In this document: in pieces, positions 1 through 10,303 of the stretch
How positions within the stretch are numbered: the stretch's first letter is position 1
Layout of the letters: every line of letters starts with the position of its first letter
DNA from: Phaeosaccion multiseriatum
Lineage: Eukaryota; Protista; Ochrophyta, other classes
NCBI GenBank assembly: GCA_965112735.1
Contig: OZ218958.1
Coordinates: forward strand, 1,922,001-1,986,000
Length of the DNA: 64,000 nt
Direction of reading: 5' to 3'
The notes under the pieces: model-generated
Databases searched by the model: none
What the model was told of the DNA's origin: nothing
What the model saw: only the letters and a program-made list of their open reading frames with translations
Position numbers and translations under genes: made by a program

Positions 1-3000
1 GCCGTCATGTGGCCGCAAGAAGAAGGGCCTGCTATTGCCAAGGCCGCTCTCCTCACAAGGCCCCGAAGAGTGAGGAGTGAGCTGCAGGGCCCTCTGAGCC
101 AGCAGCAGTTGGTGATACAGTGGCCGCAGCTGTTGCTGATACAGTACTTACACCTTACCCCCCCTGCCTCCTTCTCGACACGCCTATCGTGTTCCTCCTC
201 CCCCTCCTCCTCCTTCTCTCGCTCTCGCTCTCGCTCTCGCTGCTGGGTGCCGGTGTGAGAGCTCCGCTGCCCATATGACTGCCCATACGACTTCTGCTGC
301 TGCTGCTGTATCACCAACTGCTGCTGCTGCTGGTGCTGCTGGAGCTGGAGATGTGGCAACAGCACCTGGAGGGCTTTTGAGAGGCTCTCCTCTGCCCCTC
401 TGTAGCGGCCCCCCTTGAGCAAGGCCAGCGCCTCCCACCACCACAGAGCAGCTTCCGCAGCCCAGGGGCAAGGCCCGCCCAGAGCAAAGAGGGAGGGAGT
501 AGGAGGAGGAGCACAAGGAGTAGAAGAAAGAGGAGAAGGAGAGGAAAGAGGAGGAGGAGGAGAAGGAGAGAGAGGAGGAGGGCCTGGGGCCAAGGACAGG
601 TCCTCCTCCCCTTCACCTTCCTCTCGCTCCTCGCCCGCCCCTCCTCCTGCTTCTCCCCCTCCTCTTCCTCCCCCTTCTCCTTCTCCTCCCTCTCCTCCTC
701 CTCCTCCTCCTCCTCCACCACCACCACCACCACTACCACCACCACCTCCAGCCCTCCTCCTCCTCCTCCTCCTCCTGCCGTAGTTCAAGTGCCTGAGGGC
801 GGCGAAGGGCCGCTGTATCACCAACTGCTGCCCCCCCTTGTCTTCCCCCTCCTCCTCCTCTTGAAAGAGCAAGCCTACCCCCACCAGCGCATGGCACATC
901 GGTAGAGAGTGAAGTGTCGGCAGCATCGAACGCGCTGCCCCTCCCCCTCCCCCCCCTGCTTCCGTCCCCCTTTCCCCTCCCTGACCTCCTGCCCCACTGC
1001 TGTTACTCTCTCCAACCCGACCTTCGCCCAACACGGGCAGCACCTTGTCTGATGTGCAGGCAGGGGGGGAACAGTTGGTGATACAGCAGTGGCCTTCTTC
1101 TCCGAGTGCGGGTGACGACAACGACGACGACGACGAGGACGAGGACAATGGTTTCCCCCCCCACATGTCGAGCAAGGTGGGCTTGAAGGTCGTCACCTCC
1201 ACAGATGGTAGAAGCGCCGATACACGCAGAGTACCAACAGGTTGACCTGAGAAGGAGGAGGAGAAACAGTCGTCGCCATACATACCTCCTCCCCCTGCCC
1301 TTCGACGATGATTCATGAGGTTGGCGCGTGGGTGATCCGTGTCTGGTGTCTCGAGGTCGAGGGAGGGGAGGAGCCTGGCGAGCTCCTCCACAGCCCGACG
1401 GACGCTCTCCCCTTCCCCTCCTCCTCCTCCTCCCCCCCCTCCCCCTCCCCCTTCTCCCGAAGGACCCAGGAGCGCCCCTACCAAGGCCAGTATTCGCCAC
1501 TCCATCCTCCCCTCCCGGTCCAACAGGGGGGCATACTGCTGAGCCTCTTCATCATCATCATCATCGTGCCTGGGTGCACTCCGTCCACTCTCACTCCTCT
1601 TGCTCTTGTGTGCATCCTTGCCCTCGCCCTTGCCCTTGCCCTTGCCCTTGCCCTTGCTCTTGCTCTTGCCCAAGTCAACGGCCCCTGAGGCCCTGCTCTT
1701 CTTCCTTCTATCGGCACTCTTCCTCCAGTCACAGATGGCTTCGCCAACCCTGCCCGACATGAGGTGCATTCTGCTGCGGCTGCGTAACGTCAAGGTCAGA
1801 TTCACCGCTGCTGCTGCTGCTGTATCACCAACAGCTGCATCGATGGTACCTGCATCTGTATCACCAACTGCTGCTGCGGCGGCACAACTAGCCTCCCCGG
1901 CTTGGTGTATGTGAGCTCTAAAGATTCCCCTCCTTCCGCCTCTTTCCTTTCTCATCCCCTTGCCGCTGCTACCCCTCCTGCCCCCCGCTGGACTGAGCCC
2001 AAGCACAAGACCCAGCTCTCCATACCAACTGCGCGCCGCCACGCATGAAGGATTCAACGCCACTGCCCACTCCCCATACCTCAGCGCGAGGGAGTGAGAG
2101 CGGCTGTGACTGATAAGACTGGTGTGGCTGGTGGGGGTGGTGAGGGTGAGTTGGCTCAAGAAAAGGCTGCACGCTGCCAGCGCCTCCCGGAGGTCGTTGC
2201 CATGTGCGCTCGTCTCAGTCTCTGTCTGATCAGAGCCCTCGCTATCACGCGTGCCCCTGCCCCTGCCCATATGACTACCGCTGCCCATATGCCTGCCTGC
2301 CTCTCCCTGCCTTAGAAAGGCGTGCAGATGATGCCCCGTCCGCTTCAGGGCCGTGCGTAGAACCCTTGCCGCCTCGCCACCCCCCACTGCTGTATCACCA
2401 CCTGCTGCTGCTCCTCGGGAAGGCACTCTAAGGATGATGAGAGCCCGAGCTGAACACAAGCTCAGCAGGCACCAACATAGTGTGTCCCTCTCCATACGGG
2501 GGAGACCACTGCTGTTCTCACTCTTCTTCTGTCCTGGCCGTAGCTCCAGCTCCGTGTGCGTGTGCGGCGGTGGTGCCTCCAGCAAGGCCAGGCCCTGACG
2601 GGAGGCCTCCAGCCCTGCCTCGGCTCGGCCCACCGCCAGGAGCAACTGTGCGAGAAGCAGCAGGCCCTCCGCCGACCGCTCAATACCGAGGGCCTCACTG
2701 GTGAGAGCAAGTGCACGCGTCAAGGTGGTCAAAATGCCCTCCCTGCCCCCCTCCCTCCCCTCCTTCTTCCCTCCCCCTCCCTCTCCCCTCCCCCCGTCCC
2801 TTCCATCCCTCCCACCCTCCCTCCGCGGCCGGTGGATGGTCTCTTTCAATAGCAGCGGCAGAGGCAGAGGAGGCGACCCAGATCCTGCTCTGTCTTCCTT
2901 CGCGTGTTGCTGATACAGGAGCAGGGCAGGCCAAATGGACATGCCTGAGACCACTTCCAAAGCCGAGAGGAGGAGGGACGTGTACAGGCGCTGTCTGGCG

Positions 3001-5435
3001 ACGACACCTATAGATTGTCCATCATATGTATCCCCAACATGCACACCACTCCTCCGCAGACCCCTTGGGACGACGGAGCTGGAGCTGACCGTGGTGCGAA
3101 GGGTCTTGCTGGTCGTGAGGGGGAGACGGAGGGGTGCGCGCCGTGTGCTCTGTGGGGTAGTGGTGGTTGCTGATGGAAAGAAGGTGTCTAGCAACTGCTC
3201 ACATAGACGCAGCTGCAGCTGTTGGCTGTTGCTGCTGCCGTTCCACCCCCATCCCTCCCCCTCGCCCAACAGCATTGGCTCCTTCCTCTCCTCTCTGTCA
3301 ACCTCGGCCTCACTACCTTCTTCTTCTGGCCTTCCATCTCCCTGTTGGGACTGCAATGACTTGCGATGTGGTCCCCTTGCTCTTGCTCTTGCTCTTGCTC
3401 TTGCCCTTGCCTTGGCCTGCGCCCTTTCCCTCATCTGGGTAGCTTCAATGGCTTTCGCTCTCTCCACGTGTAGCCTGGCGTGTGCCGACTTCAGAAGCGG
3501 CCCCGGGAGGAGCAAAATGCAGCCTGCCAGCAGCCTTCCTAGCCTCTCCAGCTCCACGAACCACGCAGAGGAGAGCGCAGAAGGGAGGATGGCAGCTGAT
3601 GGCGGCTGATACTCGTCCTTATACTGATACCCATGCTCACGCTTACGTCCACTCCTCGCCCCACTCACCCCACTCACCCTGCAGCCAGAGGAGCCAGCGG
3701 GGCCAGCGGAGCCACCGGTGGACCCGTTTAGCAGCAGCACGGGTTTCCCGAGCGGGGCTGAGATGGCGGGGACGAAGGGCAGAGCAGACACAGAGGGAGG
3801 CACAGGGACAGAGACAGACCCGCGGGGTGGCGTGCTCAAGCTCTTTCTCTTGTCCGGCCCGACAGATGGCGCAAGTAGTGGTGGTGTAGGTGGTGAAGGA
3901 GGCGCTGGTGATGGTGTTGGAGTTGGTGTTTCTGGTTGTGTTTCTGGTTGTGTTTGTGGTTGTGTATGCTCCACCAACTCCCGCAGCAAACAGGTCGTCC
4001 TCCTCCTCCCTCTCCTCGTCATCTGAGGCCCACCACCGCCGTCGTGTTCTCTTCCTCCTCCTCCTCCTCCTCCTCCTCCTCCTCCTCCTCCTCCTCCTCC
4101 TCCTCCTTCTCCCCTGCCGCCGCTCCCTTTCCTCTCGTTGCTGCGAAGGACAAGGAGGCCCAGGCAGCGCGTCACGAGCCCCAGCGCCTCCTCTCTCAAG
4201 GCGTGGGCTCGTCGGCGGGCTGTTGCTGCTGCTGTATCACCAACTGCTGCTGCCGCTACAACTGGTGTTGTCGAATCTGACCCGACGCCGCATGCTGCCG
4301 TTGCCCGTTGCGTGTCTTGCGAGGAGGAGTCTGCCGCTCGCAGCAGAATGACCGCTCTGACGAGGCAAGTCAGACACGTCAATGCGAGGCTCAGGCTCTC
4401 CAGAACCTCTTTCTCTCGACTCTCTTGACTCTCTTGCCTCTCTTTCCCCTCCTCGAAGGAGGAGGAGGTGGGGACGAATGGCGTCTCAGCCCGTCCCGGA
4501 GTGGAGGTGAAGGCTGGATCCTCTCCCGGTGTTGACGTGGAGCCCCTGCCGCGCTTGTGGCCAGTGCTGCCGTAGCCTCGCGAAGGATGCCCCTGCTTGC
4601 TGGCCAGGCTCTTCGACGACGGAGGCGGAGGCTTGCTATTGGCCCGCAGCAGTGTGGCGAGCATGCCAGCTCCTTCGTCCAGCACTTGGGCCGCCTCAAC
4701 GAAGCTCAGGCCGTGGTGTTTACTGTCGTCTTGTTCGCGTGGAGCTTCTTTTTCTTCATCATTGTCGTGGAACGTATCAAAGGCTGCGCGGGCCAAGAGC
4801 ACACAGGCCTTGACCCTGTGCGCAGACGCCGCAGTAGCACCAGTAGCAGCGTAATGCGCCGGACGACTCGCTACAGCTGCGTGACCTTCATGACCCCCTT
4901 GTTGCTGCTCTCTGGAACCCTTCCCATCAAAGACTCGCCCCCTTGCCGCCCCTCCTTCCTTCGCGCACCACCGAAGGACGCACACTTGCTCCCTTCTAAA
5001 CTTAGAAGGCCCCGCCCATTGAAACATTTCCGCAAGCTCTAAGAGCTCCTGCTCAGACATCTTGCACACCCGCTGCTGCTTCTGCTGCTGCTCAGCGTCT
5101 GAAAACAGGCAGCGTAGACTTGCTATACACTCCTTGCGCCTTCCCAAACTGCTCTGCGTCCTTGCCGAGCCGAGAACCGCCCGCTTCATCAGTGCCCCCG
5201 ATGTCTCATCACCCTCTCCTGGCCGCGGCAGGCTGCTGAGGACCTTTGCATACCAGAAGAGGCCTTTCTCGTGTTGGCCGAGACCAATCCAAGCATCCCC
5301 TATCCCACAGTATGCCTGATGCAATTCATGGGCTGCTGCTGATGCTTCTCCCGCGGCTGCCATGAAGCGCGCCAGGGCGGTAGCCGCATCTCCCCGCTCC
5401 AGAGAGGTATCTGCCTCGTCCAGCAGAGCCTTCAT
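1..5435 (-). CDS. Large TPR-like/helical-repeat protein with extensive low-complexity regions; 3' end lies outside the window
   Basis: The minus-strand frame from ATG 5435 was open at every point I spot-translated. The ORF track lists nothing in this frame, consistent with an ORF running off the edge. The N-terminus MKALLDEADTSLERGDAATALARF...AYCGIGDAWIGLGQHEKGLFWYAKVL and an internal LTLRSRSRMHLMSGRVGEAICDWRKSA look like TPR helices. An intron may start near 150 (GTAAGT). Confidence 0.7.
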   Translation of the reverse strand, partial: MKALLDEADTSLERGDAATALARFMAAAGEASAAAHELHQAYCGIGDAWIGLGQHEKGLFWYAKVLSSLPRPGEGDETSGALMKRAVLGSARTQSSLGRRKECIASLRCLFSDAEQQQKQQRVCKMSEQELLELAEMFQWAGPSKFRREQVCVLRWCAKEGGAARGRVFDGKGSREQQQGGHEGHAAVASRPAHYAATGATAASAHRVKACVLLARAAFDTFHDNDEEKEAPREQDDSKHHGLSFVEAAQVLDEGAGMLATLLRANSKPPPPSSKSLASKQGHPSRGYGSTGHKRGRGSTSTPGEDPAFTSTPGRAETPFVPTSSSFEEGKERQESQESREKEVLESLSLALTCLTCLVRAVILLRAADSSSQDTQRATAACGVGSDSTTPVVAAAAVGDTAAATARRRAHALREEALGLVTRCLGLLVLRSNERKGSGGRGEGGGGGGGGGGGGGGGGGGREHDGGGGPQMTRRGRRRTTCLLRELVEHTQPQTQPETQPETPTPTPSPAPPSPPTPPLLAPSVGPDKRKSLSTPPRGSVSVPVPPSVSALPFVPAISAPLGKPVLLLNGSTGGSAGPAGSSGCRVSGVSGARSGRKREHGYQYKDEYQPPSAAILPSALSSAWFVELERLGRLLAGCILLLPGPLLKSAHARLHVERAKAIEATQMRERAQAKARARARARARARGPHRKSLQSQQGDGRPEEEGSEAEVDREERKEPMLLGEGEGWGWNGSSNSQQLQLRLCEQLLDTFFPSATTTTPQSTRRAPLRLPLTTSKTLRTTVSSSSVVPRGLRRSGVHVGDTYDGQSIGVVARQRLYTSLLLSALEVVSGMSIWPALLLYQQHAKEDRAGSGSPPLPLPLLLKETIHRPRREGGRDGRDGGRGEGGGGKKEGREGGREGILTTLTRALALTSEALGIERSAEGLLLLAQLLLAVGRAEAGLEASRQGLALLEAPPPHTHTELELRPGQKKSENSSGLPRMERDTLCWCLLSLCSARALIILRVPSRGAAAGGDTAVGGGEAARVLRTALKRTGHHLHAFLRQGEAGRHMGSGSHMGRGRGTRDSEGSDQTETETSAHGNDLREALAACSLFLSQLTLTTPTSHTSLISHSRSHSLALRYGEWAVALNPSCVAARSWYGELGLVLGLSPAGGRRGSSGKGMRKERGGRRGIFRAHIHQAGEASCAAAAAVGDTDAGTIDAAVGDTAAAAAVNLTLTLRSRSRMHLMSGRVGEAICDWRKSADRRKKSRASGAVDLGKSKSKGKGKGKGKGEGKDAHKSKRSESGRSAPRHDDDDDEEAQQYAPLLDREGRMEWRILALVGALLGPSGEGGGGGGGGGGGGEGESVRRAVEELARLLPSLDLETPDTDHPRANLMNHRRRAGGGGMYGDDCFSSSFSGQPVGTLRVSALLPSVEVTTFKPTLLDMWGGKPLSSSSSSSSLSSPALGEEGHCCITNCSPPACTSDKVLPVLGEGRVGESNSSGAGGQGGERGTEAGGGGGGAARSMLPTLHSLPMCHALVGVGLLFQEEEEGEDKGGQQLVIQRPFAALRHLNYGRRRRRRRRAGGGGGSGGGGGGGGGGGGGEGGEGEGGGRGGGEAGGGAGEEREEGEGEEDLSLAPGPPPLSPSPPPPLSSPSPLSSTPCAPPPTPSLFALGGPCPWAAEAALWWWEALALLKGGRYRGAEESLSKALQVLLPHLQLQQHQQQQQLVIQQQQQKSYGQSYGQRSSHTGTQQREREREREKEEEGEEEHDRRVEKEAGGVRCKYCISNSCGHCITNCCWLRGPCSSLLTLRGLVRRAALAIAGPSSCGHMT

Positions 5436-5590
5436 CTGGCCCTCTGGCCGACAAAACGCGAGAGGTATCTGCCTCATCCAGCAGAGCCTTCATCTGGCCC
5501 TCTGGCCGACAAAACGTGAGAGATCCCTGTCATTCTGAACTCTGTGCTCGTCCAGCAGAGCTTTGATCTGCCGCCTGGCCGTCTAAAAAC
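5402..5590. repeat. 58-bp tandem duplication (2 near-identical copies plus a degenerate third) spanning the TPR-gene start codon
   Basis: 5402-5459 and 5460-5517 differ at 2 positions; 5547-5590 is a diverged partial copy. Confidence 0.9.
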
Positions 5591-5630
5591 ACAACGAAAA
5601 TCCAAATCGTAACGTTGATCCCATCGTCAC

Positions 5631-5648
5631 AGTTTCAGTTTCAGTTTC
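5631..5648 (+). promoter_or_regulatory. (AGTTTC)3 candidate core-promoter/initiator-like element
   Basis: AGTTTCAGTTTCAGTTTC lies ~105 nt upstream of the PWWP-HDAC ATG. An identical 18-mer lies in sense orientation ~90 nt upstream of the RPL18 ATG (27261-27278). Confidence 0.35.
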
Positions 5649-5753
5649 CCCTTCCTTATTTCCCTCTCCTTCTGTACACGGAGATCTTCTCCACCCAGAG
5701 GAAGAGAGACTTGTGGAAGAGGCCCCGTGTGGTGGAGGCTACGGAAGGGAGGG

Positions 5754-8700
5754 ATGTCCCTGGATGGGGGTGGCGGCGGCGCACTCGTCAACAGCAGGTC
5801 TGGCAAGCGGCAGCGCTCCTCGGCAACTTATATCATCCCGCCTGCTTTGGGAGACCCTGTGGCTCTGGCAGTCAAGCCCCAGGGAGGATGGTGGCCGGTC
5901 AGGATTGCGTCTGAAGGCGAGGTTAGTTTCTAGTGTCGACATATCTGCGCTTGCGCGATTCCTCAGTCTGCCATCGTATGAAAGAACGCCACTAAGCGAT
6001 TCTCCGTGCTTTTTCCCTGTATGTATCGCATTGACCTCGTTCGCCCACGGTCCAACACACAGGCTCGAGCGTTTCGCGCCGTGAATCTCGAGGCGCAGGG
6101 TAATCCTGAACCCGACAAAGTGCTTGTCGTGTTTCTGTGCGATGGGGTGAGTCGCATATGCCGCGGGAGTGCCGAAGTATCGAAGTTTGGCTCTGTGTTG
6201 CACGGGAAAGGCCTTCCCTCTCTCCAATATTGTCGGGTCTGTCCACGTGCGTGTAGTGCAATCCTCTTCTCTCGCGAGATCTCTCACCCTTTACCACGTA
6301 TCGCGCTTGTTCGTCCCACCACGCCACAGGGTCACCACTGGTTCTGCTGGGTGGGTGAGACGAACGTGAAGCTGTGGGAAAACAACGCGATTTCCACGCG
6401 TCAGCTAGACTTTCGCTCCGGCCAAGCTTGGGCCGCCCGACTCTTAGAGATAGCGGTTAGTTTCTTCCTTCCTTGTCTGCCCCCCACTGTTCAGTCTTTG
6501 GCTCGGTGTGTGGGTGCGTGGGTGCGTGTGTGTGGGTGCGTGTGTGTGGGTGCGTGTGCGTGGGTGCGCGGGAGTGGATGAGTGTGTGTGGGTGATACCC
6601 GTATGCTTCCCCCCTCCCCCCTCCCTCTTCTCCTCCGCTGCTTTTGCTCTGCACCGACCCCCGAGTTGACAGATCTTCCCTCTGCCTCCCTCTCCCTCTG
6701 TCCATCCCCCCACCCTCCCTCCCTCCCTCTCTCAGTTGGGTGAGCCCCATTTCTCTGCTCCTCCTCGAGGGGCCCAGGGTACTACCGAAGGGACCACCGA
6801 GCAGGTTAATGGAACCACCCAGGGAGCTTCCTCCCCGTCGATGACCCTGCAGCCACGGACAGCAGCACCAGCACCAGCAGCAGCAGCACCAGCAAACGTA
6901 GTAGTTGGTGATACAGCAGCGGCGGAGGAGAGCAAGGAACGCTTTATTCACCCGCTCAACGCTGCTGCTTACTCCTACAATAAAGCGCAGTTAGCTTGCG
7001 CGTGGCCTTGTCAGGGGTGTAAGGAGTACGTTCTCCTGTGTGACTGCCCCCAAGGACTGAAAAAGTTTCTCTCCAACAATACGAACACAGGGCCGTCCAA
7101 GGTTAGTATCGGAGTAGGGGAGGAGGAAGGGGCGGAAGGGAAGGGAAGGGAAGGAGCGAGGCAGAGAGAGGGCGGAAGGGCGGAAGGGAAAGGGAGAATC
7201 CCATGCCCATATGCCTTCGGGGAGTGTCGCTCGGGCCTGAGACCGAGAGCTTATGCGCCACCCTCCGCTGCTGCCCCCTCTCTTCCCCTCTCTTGTCGCC
7301 GCCACACACTCTATTATACACCCCTTTTCATCCTCCTTGTCATATTCCAATTCCATACTCCATTACGCACTTCACCAACTCCCTCTCTCTCTCTCTCTCT
7401 CTGTCTCGGTCTTTCTCTCTTTCGTCTCTGTCTCGGTCTCGGTCTTTACTCTTTTTTTCTTTCTTTCCCTCTCTCTTCTCTCACTCTGCTCTCTTTCCCT
7501 TTCTCTCTCTGTCTGTCTCGGTGAGTGTAGTTTATTTGCGGTAACTTCAACTGCCAAGTGTGTTCAGTCATTCCGGGCTACAACCTGCTGCTCACGGAGT
7601 GGGGTGTGAGGGGTCAGTACGCCGCCATGCCCGGCTTCGCTTCCGCTATGCAACGACTTCAGGTGAGTGAGTGAATGCGTGAGTAAATAACGGAAACCAT
7701 GGAATGTCGGCATGGTCGGTATTAGGCTCGACACGACGAAATACTAAAGTTGAAACTGTACTGTACCCGCATCTTCAGGAGGAAAAAGAGAGCAAGGTGC
7801 GGCGTAGGCAGGAGGAGGCTGCTGCTGCCGCCGCGAGTGGAAGCGCCGGTGCTGGAGCCGCTGCGGGCATTATTGGGGGTGCCGCTGCTGCCGCTGCTGC
7901 TGTTGCTGCCGCAGGGGCGAGTGGTGACGGGCTTGGTACAGCAGTAGGAGTAGCAGGAGGTGGGAGTTCGAGCGGTCTTGAGACAGGGTTGGGGTCGGAG
8001 AAGGAAGTGGGCAAGGCTGACGCCGGGGCGCCGCTGCAGGATAGCGATAGCACCCCTCCAAGTACTGCCAAGGCGGACCTTTCTAGCCTTTCTACGTCAA
8101 CAAACGCTTCAATGTCGCCTCGGAATGGCCGCGTGGACGAACAAAGTTTGGGGGTGAAAGTAGTGAAGGAAGGCTCAATGGCAGCGGCCAACGGCGTGGA
8201 AGGGGGCCATGGGCAGGGCTACAACGGGGGCCCTCTTGGGCAGCAGCAGCAGAAATCGGCGATAACGCACCAGTTGTTGATACAGCAACCGCTGCAACAG
8301 CCGCTGCAATCGCTGCACCAGCAGAGCGGGGCAGGAGGGGGGGCAGCAGGGCAGTTGGTGGTACAGCCCGTCTCTTCCGCCCCTTGCGAGTACTTCACTG
8401 TCGACCTTGCCAAAGACGACGCCTTGCTGCGGAAACTCAAGGGTATGTTGACCACGTGCAATTGGCCTCCTGCTGCAAACCGGTTGGTGATACAGGCTGG
8501 CCAGCCTGCTGACCAGGCGGCAGCTCCGCTCCTCGAGGGGGGTGGAAGGCGAGTGAGAGGCAGAAGAAGGGAAGGAGGAGGAGCAGGAGGAGGAGGAGCA
8601 GGGGGAGGAGGAGAAGCGGCGGACAATAGATGTGGAAGCCCTGTTGAGGGAAGCCCGGACGGCAGCCGTGCGAGTGGTGCTGGCAAGGACAAGGGCAACA

Positions 8701-10271
8701 AGGGCAGGGGCATAGGCCAGGGTAAGAAGGCTGTAGTGGACAAGGATTGGGGGAACGCTTTCGTCAGCTTTTTGAAGGCGTCTCCGTCTCAGGAAGGGGG
8801 CAGTGGAGGAGTGGGAGTGGGGCAGCAGTTGGTGGTACAGCAAGCAGGGACGGGAGCAACAGGGACAGGGACCCGGCGAGGAGGGGCGGGGAGCAAGGGG
8901 AAGGGCCGGGGTGGGCAGAAGGCGCAGCAGCAGGGACGGGCAGGGGGAGGAGCAGGAGCAGGGACAGGAGCAGGGGTAGCAGCAGGAGAGCAGCAGGCGT
9001 GTTCGTTCTCCAGCGATCGCAACAAGACGACGGAGTGCGTGTTCCGCTCCTCTCTACTTGGGCAGGTGCAGTGGCTGCTGCTTCAAGTGGATGCGGTGAG
9101 GGTAGCCAGTGAACAAGGGGGGGTGAGTGGGACGACTGCTGCTGCTGCTGGTGGTGGTGGCAGTCCAAGAGGAGGAGGAGCAGGAGGAGGGAAGAGAGGC
9201 GGTCACAATAGCCATAATAGCGCGACGAGTGGCGGCAGTGACAGCGGTGGCAGCAAGAATTCGCTATCGACACTGCCTGGAAGAGGATCTGGCGGCGACG
9301 GTTCAGGGCCTGGCTCAGGGTCAGGGTCAGGGTCAGCTGCAACAGCAGCAGCAGCGGGGGAAAGTTTGGGCATCCAAACCCAAGTGCAACAACAACAGCA
9401 ACAACAACAACAACACGGAGGCGTTGAGCAGAGAGACGCGGGGCTTGCGGCCAGAGCCATGGAGGCGCTGACGAGTCTGAGTGGGGAGCTGTTGCGGCAG
9501 CTCGGGGAAGACAAGGAGCACGCCCGCATGAGGGCAGAATACAGTACGACATCTTCTGCAGGGGGAGGGGGAGGGAAGGTACCCGACCAGAGCAACAAGG
9601 GGGGAGGGAAGGTTCTAGACCAGACCGAGAAGGATGTCAAGCTGCTCGCAGGGGAGAAGGCAGAGCTCGAGCGACTGACACAGGTATGTGTGTGTGTGTG
9701 GGGGGGGGGGGGGGGGGGGGGGTCCGGTGTGTGTCTGTGTTGTCTGTGTGTGCATGTGTGCATGTGTGCATGTGGTGCTCTTGTTGCATCGCGGCGTACT
9801 CACGCTCCGAGATGGGCAGTTTTTGGGTGTGTCTGTCACAGTGTGAGTGACAGAAACGAAGGAAGAAAGACGAGCGCCGAACGTTGTGCCCCCCCCTCCC
9901 CCTCAAACTGTTCTGTGGTTTCTCTCCCGACTGTTGACCTCTGGACACCTGACACCTTACACCTTACACCTGACACCTTGGCCCCTGGCTCCTCACATTT
10001 TGACCTCTGGCCCCCTCACCTCCCGCCCCTCGCCCCTCACCCTTTTGGTCACAACAACAGCTCATTGCCACCAAGGCGGGGGAGATTGTGAGGCTTCGGA
10101 GCGCGAGAGCAGATGTCGAGGGGCAGGCGACCGCCACGGCTTTGGCATCACTCGACGGGGCCATAGACAAGAAGACGACGGAGGTGGCCGAGGTGGAGGG
10201 GCAGAGGACCAAGGTGCGTAGGGCGGGTAGTTGCCATCCGTGTACGTGTGTGTGTGTGTGTGTGTGTACGT

Positions 10272-10303
<32 letters not shown>

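Larger units (their letters stand above)
106..8840. repeat. Cluster of a dispersed 15-nt motif CAGTTGGTGATACAG / CTGTATCACCAACTG
   Basis: Exact copies at 106-120(+), 306-320(-), 813-827(-), 1072-1086(+), 1856-1870(-) and 4232-4246(-). One-mismatch copies at 1820, 2390, 6902, 8271, 8352, 8481 and 8826. Further copies outside this span: exact at 33332, partial at 33347, 15323 and ~63957. Confidence 0.9.

Noticed and set aside
3700-4020. RING-like CAIC...CLCPCASLCVC in an alternative minus frame
   Set aside because: Bounded by stops, derived from GT/CT-rich low complexity, and a continuous frame already covers the region.
5739-6287. 182-aa minus ORF
   Set aside because: Antisense to the PWWP exons, which have clean splice sites and a recognisable motif.
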